A stretch of 64,000 nt of DNA from Piedraia hortae CBS 480.64 (lineage: Eukaryota), in NCBI GenBank assembly GCA_010093745.1, contig MU005959.1, forward strand, positions 300,270 through 364,269, in the 5' to 3' direction. Positions 55,153 through 64,000 of this stretch are shown here, one piece after another. The position numbers were made by a program, and so were the translations under genes. The notes under the pieces were generated by a model. It searched no databases and had not been told where the DNA came from. It saw only the letters and a list, made by a program, of their open reading frames with translations. Positions within the stretch are counted from its first letter, which is position 1, and each line of letters opens with the position of its first letter.

Positions 55153-58100
55153 TCAACAATCTTTGAGGTAGTTACTTGGCACAAGACCGGGAGGAGCATT
55201 CTTACCCCAAACCTCTGCCTCCCACCAACCATCATCTTGATGTCTCAAGACGGCAAGGAGGTCGCCTTTGGCAAAAGAAAGTTCCTCTGGAATAACAGCC
55301 TGGTACATGTACATTGCGCGAGCTATTGAAAGAGTTAGTTCAGTTTAGTGAGCCCAAGGCTTTTGAAACTTACAAAAATGTAAAATCGGCCTACCGTCCC
55401 GGGTCATTGGCCTTTGGTTGTTGCTTGCTCCACGGCCTCTGGTGCTCATGGTTTGATTTCCATATCCACTTTGCTGTGGAGCACCATAAGGATCACCCGC
55501 AGGCGCGAGGACCACAGCACCACCAACTGCATCAGTCTGCCGACTTGACGGTCTATATCCTCCGCCACTGACTGAGCCGGCCGGTGGTCGGTTGTACGCT
55601 GGATTTGGAGACGCTGCCCGTGGAGCGTGGTAGGCAGGAGATGCGTTCCTAGAATTGAATCCTGCATAATTGGCATGTGGCTTCATGGGGCTGGTTGACT
55701 GAGCCCGAGGTCGTGGAGCAGATCCCCCACCATATGGATTCGGAGATGCTGCTCGGTATGGCTGGGACTGATGTCTTGGATCATTGTACATTCCAGGGTT
55801 CGGGCTGGCTGCACGCGGCGGCTGAGGAGACGCTGCGCGTGGGCGCATAGCTGGTTGTGGGGAGGTCGCCCTCGGACGCATCGCAGGCTGGGGAGATGCG
55901 GCCCGTGGACGAGGTACTTGCTGTTGGACCCTAGACATGGAGCTTCCCGGTCTGGATGCGGCCGCTGGGTTGAACATGTCACGCTTTTGAGCGATGAACC
56001 GCTCGGTGGTCTTTTGCATATCCCGGCTGGTATGGGCGGGCTGGGGCGCACCAAGTCTGCTAACAGGAGGCGAATCGTAAGCTGGAGGAGGCGGCCCTCC
56101 AGCAACCGAAGGAGCCTTGGTGCCGACTGGACCGTTTCGATCAAAGGACTGTGGCATGCCGTAATGGCCATCGGCCGATTGTCGAACGGATGATTGTTTT
56201 GTAACGCCCTTCAATTCAGCCAGAGCCTGCGCAATTGGATCTGCAGCCTGGCCATCCTTCCTTGGTACCGGCTTGCGCCTGTCCGGAGCAACGTCAAAAA
56301 CATTTCCCCCAACATTCAACTGATAATCCGTCCGAGGACCACCAACTGGTTCCGGTTCCGGACTCGGAGAGGGTCGTTTCTGCCAAGGATTTGGACGACT
56401 TCCTGCGGCAGTAGACGGTTTAGTCGGACTGACGTTGGTTTTGTCGCGCACAGTAGCCGGTGTCCAAGTGTTACGCTGAGTTGGAGTAGCTGCTGGCACG
56501 GTATACTCTTTCTTGGGACTGCGGCCTTTGAACGGGCTGTTGAAGAACGCGCTCCTCTTCTTTTGCATGGAATCATCCCCAGCTACCGACGAAACGCCAG
56601 AGATGACTGAGCCGTTATAAGGTTTGATAGGCGACGTGTATCCTCCTGCGTTCGGTTCCGCGCTTCCGTATGAGGTAGGAGCAGAGTAGTCGCTGTCGCC
56701 TTGGTCAGGGCTCTCGCAGCTTCGGGGTCTTACTGGGGATGGGACGGCTGAGCTCCTCTCCGAAGGCGCACCAATGCGGCAGAACTGGGTCATGCCATCT
56801 GTCGGATAGGGATTGTGCGGAATTTGGGGCGGGTTGTACTGGTCAACATGAGATGCTTGGCTAGGAGCAAGAGGAGGCGGAGCCGTAGCACTTCCGTGAG
56901 AGCTCCGAAGGGAAGCCTGCAACGCATAGGGTTCATGGTAGGATGATGTTGCGCTGGGAGCAAGAGGAGGTGGCATGGCAGCACTCCCGCGAGAGCTGCG
57001 GAGGGAGGGCACAGCATTGAACGCCTCATCCCCTTGTAGAGAGTTCCTCGTTTTGATCGGGCTCATGTCCTCACGTATACTGGACTCCTGCTCCTGGTGC
57101 GATCCGTACACACTCGGCTGGGGGGACGAGGACCTGAAAGCAGGATTCATCGTCCGCTGGAACTGTGCCACCGAATAATCCCCATCCTCCGAGTCGGCCT
57201 TGGACATGGCATCTTCGGCATCTCCGCGGCAAAAGTTGATGTACTTTGGAGGGTCGGGGATCTCCTGCCCGGTGCCGTGGTCCTTGATGAAGTTTGCAAT
57301 GTCTTTTTCCACTTCACAATCCTCTAGCGAGAGGCGGATCTTCTCGCATGATGCATCATCGCTCACGCAGACGGTGCTGGCAATGTTTGCAAAATTCCAG
57401 AGACTGCTCTTGAAGTAATCGATGCGCTCCTCCTCTAGATCCTGGAATTTGTCGCAGGCCGCCTTCCATTCACGATTCCATTTGCCCGTAGTTTCTTCCA
57501 ACACCTTCACGGCGGCTTCGTATTCAGAGCTGCTGGCAGACATTTGGACTTGAGTCTTTTCCAATTTGGCCTTGTTCTTGCGCTCTTCGTGACCCATGAC
57601 CATGTGTCCTTGAGCCAAGTAACCCTTGATTTTTAGGCAGTCTTGTTCATAGCGATCCCTAGTCTTATTCACTTGGGAATTCTGTTGGTTCTTGACTTTG
57701 AGCAACTTTTCAATACCAGTTTGCACAATCTTTCTTCGCTCCTTCATACCACCGGTGAATGCAGCAAGTGGCTCTTCCAACTCGCTCTTCATTTTGCCGG
57801 CAATGTTCTGGTGTTCCTTGCCCATGGATTCGACTTCACTGCGGACGACATCCAGAGACATGCGCAGCGTTCCTGATTCACATGAACCAAGAGGTTTTTT
57901 GGCCAGTTGGAGCAGCTTTCGCGCATATTCCTCTTCCAGCTGTGCCCGCGCCGTGTAGAATGCCTTCAACTCATCGCCTGTGACTTTCGCGCTTTGCATC
58001 CGATCCAAAAGTGGACCAACACCTGCGTCATCTTTGCCCCAGAAATTATTCGCAACTGCAGTCCCGAGTTAGCCATGACACGCGTCAAAACAAATCCGTG

Positions 58101-58154
58101 AATCATACATGACATGGACACGGTTGGGCCATCGGAAGCCGTGGCTGACGGCAT
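55153..58154 (-). CDS. F-BAR/SH3 cytokinesis protein (Hof1/Cdc15/Imp2 family)
   Basis: FANNFWGKDDAGV F-BAR start, DKFQDLEEERIDYFKSSLW; last exon SH3 ARAMYMYQAVIPEELSF...DDGWW...GLVPSNY. Confidence 0.92.
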
Positions 58155-59429
58155 TGCACTGTAAGACTGGTTGGCAGCGATGTTTGATTGTTCACGAAGA
58201 CGCCTGCCCCTCAATAAAGCGATTGTACTTATGCGCTTGGAATGTTCAAAGTGCGCGCATCGGTGAGAGAGCGGATGAAGTGGCGCGTTGTTGCGCGCGC
58301 AACAGTTTGCGGCTCGTTGCCAGGGTCTCTGGCCTAGCAACGTAGATCACCTTTGCGCTAATGACGTCATCATCTGGCTTGGCACACAAACACTAAGGTT
58401 CGGCCATCTTTTAGCTCCTGCCAACAACATCAAAACTCACACAATGGCCACCCTAGATTTAGCAGCCCCAGCCCATAGAGGCACACTCTGGTTTGCTACA
58501 TCTGTTCCCTGGTACAGTCCAACATGGATGTGGCAGACACTGGATACAGCTGGTCCCTCTTTCGGCCATGTTTTCAGCACCCACATTTGGGGCACCAGCG
58601 GGCAGCTGAGTCCAGCGGATCCTTGACATAGCGGACAGATTTCTCGCGCCAGATCGATTCGTGATCATACAACCAGTATCCACTGTACAATCATGTTATC
58701 AAATATCATCCTAACCAAGGATGACGTGCGCTTGAGACTATCAATGCGGGTCTCAGAGCCTCATCATCACCAAGCAAGGCCCCGTCGCATCAATGGGGGC
58801 CAGCTCGTTGAGAGATGTTTCCACCGATGAGGATATGCAAGGGATGTTGGTCTCATCTGGTCATTGCCCAAGCCACTCAAAACATCTGCAATGGCATGCA
58901 GTCCGCCAAGGAAATTGACATACTCGACTTCGCAATTGCTCGGACGAAAGTACTGCACCTCCGGTCTTGTAAACAACCGCCTCTTGATGGAACCTTGCAA
59001 GGGATCGGCATAGCACATGACGTCAGGGAAACGACATTAGAACCAAAGTTCAGTAACTCGACGCTACAACTCGAGCTCTGGGTCCGTGACACATTCACCG
59101 AGAAACTTTGGGCCTTACAATCCTTGCATCGCAAATTGAAAACCCACGCACAGGTTTTGAGACAAGTCGCGGGGCAAGGAAACGCCAAGGAAGACAAGGG
59201 TGGTAGAAGAAAAAAGAAGCCAATGGTAGAGAATATCTTCCCAAGTAGGTAGCTCATTCTACTGCTGCTGGGCCCACGCTCCTCTCTGTGTCTGAAGCGA
59301 CGGATCCCTCGTTGCTCAAGATCGGTACGGTCAAGGCCACGCTGCCCGAGTCTGTGACTTTTTACAAGGTTGAGTGTCATGCCTCTGCATGAGGGCGGCA
59401 AGAACACTACAGCCTAAATCGCAATTGCC

Positions 59430-60260
59430 TTGCCGCGGTCGACCTCACTCACCTGTCTCGTCGAGGGAAGGCCTGATGATTTCAATTGCCCAGATGACTC
59501 TAGCATGGCTTTCCAGTCAACCTCATTCACAGTTACACGCAATGGCGGAAAAAAATGTAGGACCAGTGAGAAAGTCCAACACACCGCAAAAAGCGGTGCC
59601 GTGGCACATGAACACCAAGAGCGGGAGCTGAGATGGAGAAGACAAGGAGGAAAGAGGAGAAGGCGGTCAGAAAGGAGGAAAAATCAAAGAGAAGGGAGGG
59701 GGAAGCAAAGAGAAGGGGGGAGCAAGGCGGAGAGGAAAGCGGAGAGAAAGGCAAAATATGCGAGAAGGGAGGCGGTGAGACCAAACCGCTATAGACCTTG
59801 TGGTTCTCTGTTCCGTTGCGATGGGAACATACGATTCGATCCTCTAACAACCTCGCCCGGTGGCGACTTTTATTACAGTCACTAGGGTCAATAATGGACA
59901 ACCGAGAAGCACGCCGCGACTATGTTTCGCAACTTCGAGGCCAGAAGGGTGCCCTGGGCCCAGTCGTGGCTATTCACGATGCGAGTACCCACAACCTTCC
60001 TGGAGGGGCTGACGATGGAAGAATTGTACTGGGGCCAGCATTACAAGGAGTATGTATGGGTGTCCCGAAAGCAGATGCGCTCCCGGCCTTACCTGCGGTA
60101 CGCCTACCTGGACGGCCTTCATGTCATGAAGGGGCACATACTAAAAGGCGTGAGCCATGCACTGCCTCCCAACCCAGAGGATCTGACGGCGGAAGACCTC
60201 TAACCACAGGCCTCACAGGCGAGAACGATCGACTCGGTGGGCGTTTTAGGCGACCCTACC
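59430..60260 (+). pseudogene. Interrupted ORF of an uncharacterised fungal family (possibly DUF3990-like)
   Basis: ORFs 59430-59885 and 59922-60203 share a frame: GGDFYYSH*GQ*WTTEKHAATMF...MRVP...LYWGQHYKEYVWVSR. Confidence 0.35.
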
Positions 60261-60776
60261 ACTGAGCGGCTGGAAGAGGCCATTGGGCAGATCATTTACA
60301 TCCAAATACACACGCTCCACGGGCAATGAGTGGCTCATGCATGCAGTTGAGTCTTCTCCATTGCGTGTACTATTCTATCCGTATGATAGCTAGAGTAGTG
60401 CTGATCACCTTGACTCCACACGATAATCTTGGCTCACATAATTCCGCATATGATAGGTATTCTTCAGTCCGGTTTGTAACGTCCGTGTCTCTAACATTGC
60501 ACACGGAAAGGGCATCAGCCTATGTCGTTTGTTTGAAATTGGCCCACACTGTAGGGGTCAGATGTGTCTGTACAGGATAATAATGCTAACTGCTACCTTC
60601 CTCTTCTTCTGCATTAGTTCTGTAATCCTCCGTCATGCTTTATTACTATCGTCATCCCAACTGTTGATGTTGCCTCATCCGTGCTCTATTCTGGGTATCA
60701 CAATTAACAAAAGCCCACCATAACGCCGACGCTCAAAACCTTGGTCTATGCAGTTCAAAACGCCACAAGTGTGGGT

Positions 60777-61664
60777 CTAAGCCTCGTAGGTGAATGCAGC
60801 ATTGTCCCAGCCGAGGCTGCCGCCATTGAACTGGGCACCAGCAAGCGTATCAACCTCGGGAAGGGAAGGCGCTGGGCTCGCTTTGAACCTTTTGGCTTCA
60901 CGAACCTCAGGCTCGGTGTTCTCGCGATCGGCGGCCAAGGTGGTGCGGCTACGAGAGAGAATGAAACCGGGGCCACGCTTGAACCACTTCGCCGGGCGCT
61001 TGGCCTGGGATCCCATAATCGTCGGCTGCTGATTGAGGAGCGAGGATGCTGATGGAGACAGCGAGGCCGGACGCTTGAGTGGATTCTTCGTTGGAGTGCG
61101 GCCAAAATCATCCATTTCATCCCGGCCGATGCTCAGCGAAGGACGCGGCGTGCTGCTGCGGAGCGTGGAGAAACTGAGGAGCTTGCGCACTCCCGATGGA
61201 CGACGCTGGATATTCTTGAACGAGGACGAATCTCCCGCCTCGAAGTCAATGGCAGCAAAATCCGTGTCAATGGAAGCCGAAGTGGAATTGGTGGGCGCAT
61301 CCAGATGTTTCGACGGGTCGTCAGACTTGTAGTCGTTGTACTCGTTCGCGTCAACTGGGTGCGAGTTCAGCGGGCCGCCGCCATTCACAGGCGCGCGCGC
61401 ATGGGCGTCAGCACGAACAGTGAGGATCTCGGGACCCAAGAGCATCGTGCCCTGCGAAGTAAAGCGAGCAGTTTCGGAGCGAGCCTGCAAGTTGCCAGAC
61501 TGGACCTGCATATTGCTTCTTGATGGGAAGATTACAGGTTCGACCCTTGCAAACGGTGCAATGTCAGATTTGTCTGAGCGGCAATGTAAGAAGAAGGGTG
61601 ACAGTGGCAGTGACGGAGGGCGGGTCTGTTCGAAACCGTCAGTCGAACATGTTGCCGTTGCCAT
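60777..61664 (-). CDS. Hypothetical Ser/Pro-rich protein (295 aa)
   Basis: ATG-initiated open frame with low-complexity composition; no family recognised. Confidence 0.55.
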   Translation of the reverse strand: MATATCSTDGFEQTRPPSLPLSPFFLHCRSDKSDIAPFARVEPVIFPSRSNMQVQSGNLQARSETARFTSQGTMLLGPEILTVRADAHARAPVNGGGPLNSHPVDANEYNDYKSDDPSKHLDAPTNSTSASIDTDFAAIDFEAGDSSSFKNIQRRPSGVRKLLSFSTLRSSTPRPSLSIGRDEMDDFGRTPTKNPLKRPASLSPSASSLLNQQPTIMGSQAKRPAKWFKRGPGFILSRSRTTLAADRENTEPEVREAKRFKASPAPSLPEVDTLAGAQFNGGSLGWDNAAFTYEA

Positions 61665-62191
61665 GCAGCGCGTTCCCGACGCGTCGTTTTCGCGAGACGC
61701 GTATTGTTCCCATTAGCGCGGGTGTTTCTTCCCGCCTCCCGCCCACCGCATCTCATCGTCAGCCCATGCCGGTTGCGCGTCTTGTACGACGCGAGTCTCC
61801 ATTGTCCACCCCACTTGATCTGACAGTAGTCATCATGATTGGACTCGTCCCAATTGGCTGCCCTGTGGTAGTGGAAGCAGAGACATGGTAAAAGAAAGCT
61901 GAGACAGTGGCAAAAGGAACATGCTTATGATATCAACTAACATTGTTCAAGGAGGTGGACAGACTTCCCGAATTTCACTACATCGAGTCATTGCTAAACC
62001 TCAGACTTGTGTGATCGGCGTCCATCTATTGGACGGTGGGAACGATAACCCTGGACACAACGCTGCGCTAAGGCAGATTGAACTCATGCCAAAGCGCGAT
62101 CCGACGAGCACCGCAATGAAGCTTATTATTAACCGCATGCAATGTCGGTCCCAAATACCTATGTTACACAATGCCCACCAGATTTCGATGC

Positions 62192-62794
62192 TCATGATCT
62201 TGTATAGAACCATCCCAGCCAGGATTTGCCCTTGTTGCCCAGAGCATCTACCACTAGCTCAGCTTGTCTGTCCAGAGGACCATCTCTAGATCTTATGTTT
62301 TCATCGTTGACTGGTACAGGCCTTTGTCCCACCTCTGTTGCAATTGTTGAATGATGTTGGCCGTGCTCGAGTACTGCGTGATGTTCTGCCTCGGCCTGAG
62401 CCTTCTCAGCCATCTCACGCTGCTCCGCACGCCATTCTGCTCGCCTTTTGCGGTTATGCATAATCATGTCAGTGGTGCCCGCAGTGGCCACCACAGCGCT
62501 AACAACAGTAAACCCGATGATACCGAAAACGGTGGCTCTGTGTGTTCGGTCTGCCCACTTTCGCCCTAGTCTTAGGACTTTATCGTATCCACTTTCCTGG
62601 ACTTGTCTTGCTGACGCGGCGGCCGCCCGCAGTCGGGCAATTTTCTGCTGCGGCGTTTCATTCGCCGGTGCTGAGCCAAAATTTATCTGCGACCCATGCC
62701 GAATATCGGTAGCTGGGGAAGAGGCATAGGGGCCAGTCGAAGTGAAGCGAGTGGCATCTGAGGGGGAGCGCGCCATGGTAAGTGGTCTGGCCAT
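62192..62794 (-). CDS. COX14-like cytochrome c oxidase assembly protein
   Basis: GRKWADRTHRATVFGIIGFTVVSAVV...DMIMHNRKRR: single-TM motif typical of fungal Cox14. Confidence 0.7.
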   Translation of the reverse strand: MARPLTMARSPSDATRFTSTGPYASSPATDIRHGSQINFGSAPANETPQQKIARLRAAAASARQVQESGYDKVLRLGRKWADRTHRATVFGIIGFTVVSAVVATAGTTDMIMHNRKRRAEWRAEQREMAEKAQAEAEHHAVLEHGQHHSTIATEVGQRPVPVNDENIRSRDGPLDRQAELVVDALGNKGKSWLGWFYTRS

Positions 62795-62919
62795 TCGCCT
62801 AGATGTTGAAGTCTGCGGTGTACGGACCGTCCCGTCCCGTCCCGCCCCACCTATACTTCACTTGTGACTTCAGGTATCATAGATTTATCCCGACATCGCA
62901 GTAGACGCAACTTGTGACA

Positions 62920-63698
62920 ATGTCGTGGGGCAATGTTCATACACCAGATCTGCAGACAATTCTTGCCAACTTAGCTAGGTTGTCGGGGTCTCAGCCTCCT
63001 CAGCAGCCTGTGCCGTCTAGTTTACCTTGGCCAGCTCCTGCTCACGACCAGGGGTCGTCTGATGTCTCTCGATTTGTCAATTCTAATACGATACAGCAGC
63101 AGCAAATCCCATCCCCAGCCGAGGGCCCTGTCATAGCTCCAGCCCAAATTACCACGTGGCAAGCTGGCTACAGATGCGTGCACAAGATCGCCAGAGATGA
63201 TGGCCAATTTGCGGCAAAAATCCGCAAGGTAAACCTAACCCATTGGTATAAATGTAGGCCGTTGACTCTCACCAGCTGATGGCCCATCAACGGAAGACCG
63301 AAATGCGGTGGTTTTCTGAACGACGGGACCTCAAACAGAGGCTGGCTGCTAGAGTAGATTCCAGTGCCCAAGTCACGTCTATCCTACAATCTCTGGGGTC
63401 ATCAGGTCATCAAAGTGAAACAACTGCTCAAACGGATGGCGGTAAGGCACTTGAAGAGTATGACCGTGGTCTCTACGCCGCCCAAGCCGCCATGGACGAA
63501 TACCTTGCCTCGGAATTGAAAGCAATGGGCGTACCATTCTTTAAGACTAATCCGGCTCTAGTGAAACCAGATGGTGAGGATCTACAGGATGCGTCGTCCA
63601 ATACTCGGCCAAAATGGAGCCCGTTCATCCACCAGAGCGAGCTCCTTCGCTTACAAAGACGTATGGTTGATCATCTGGAGGATCTCTATCGTGATTAG
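62920..63698 (+). CDS. DUF2458-like conserved fungal protein, one intron
   Basis: DLQTILANL, ITTWQAGYRCV, HQRKTEMRW, YDRGLY, LKAMGVPFF, ELLRLQRRMVDHLEDL. Confidence 0.72.
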
Positions 63699-63736
63699 AA
63701 GTACAATCATCAATCTAAACTCAAACTGCAATCAGA

Positions 63737-64000
63737 TTACGACACTCCTTGGGCGTCTACGGGTGCGTATGGCTGCCTCCTCTCACTTTTCCATTTGTAT
63801 ACCCAAGATTTCAAACCTGCCCAAGCCAAAAGTCCCCCCGTAGCGAAGATGAACATGAAAACTATCGTCTCATCTTTGGCACTGTCTCTCTGAAAACATG
63901 TGGCAAAGACATCATCTTCTTCGGCGCCCTGACATATGGGAAGATGGTAATCGAGACAAAACTGCTTTGTGCAGTCGTTACATGTGCGGTGCTTAGATGG
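63737..64000 (-). CDS. 3' part of a small Cys-rich single-pass membrane protein (runs off the window)
   Basis: Open frame ...RTCNDCTKQFCLDYHLPIC...ATCFQRDSAKDETIVFMFIFATGGLLAWAG...GVS*. Confidence 0.7.
   Translation of the reverse strand, partial: PSKHRTCNDCTKQFCLDYHLPICQGAEEDDVFATCFQRDSAKDETIVFMFIFATGGLLAWAGLKSWVYKWKSERRQPYAPVDAQGVS

Noticed and set aside
55800..55915. 33-bp tandem repeat (RPRAASPQPAM) in the F-BAR gene
   Set aside because: Ordinary low-complexity, phosphosite-like linker repeat for this family.
1..64000. CRISPR arrays, rRNA genes or prokaryotic operons
   Set aside because: None seen; the sequence is intron-containing fungal nuclear DNA.

Overview
Eukaryotic DNA from a filamentous ascomycete, probably a Dothideomycete (inferred from protein style and short GT-AG introns), with very short intergenic spacers. 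Positions 1-17.6 kb are an accessory or decaying region. It holds an intron-containing tRNA-Glu(CTC), a 3'-truncated and frameshifted Ty1/copia element, an inverted solo LTR with a 5-bp target-site duplication, a probable Argonaute relic, several stop-riddled ORFs and a 1308-aa Gln-rich repeat protein. Positions 17.6-64 kb are gene-dense: a CSC1/OSCA channel, NHP6, a Psk1/Ypk3-type kinase, a GH47 mannosidase, a quinate-utilisation cluster (qutR, qutA, qutC, qutD, qutB plus an intradiol dioxygenase, with no qutE seen), PAM16, a Pex23/30-like peroxin, BPL1, COA4, KES1/OSH4, MGM101, NOT1, SEC11, an F-BAR/SH3 Hof1/Imp2 protein, a COX14-like gene and a DUF2458 gene. The most striking observation is an ORF-free ~870-nt segment (32527-33400) inside the quinate cluster. 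By eye it folds into two long nested base-paired arms and contains a type I hammerhead ribozyme core. It is a candidate integrated retrozyme or viroid-like circular RNA. All family calls come from motif recognition by eye, not database searches.
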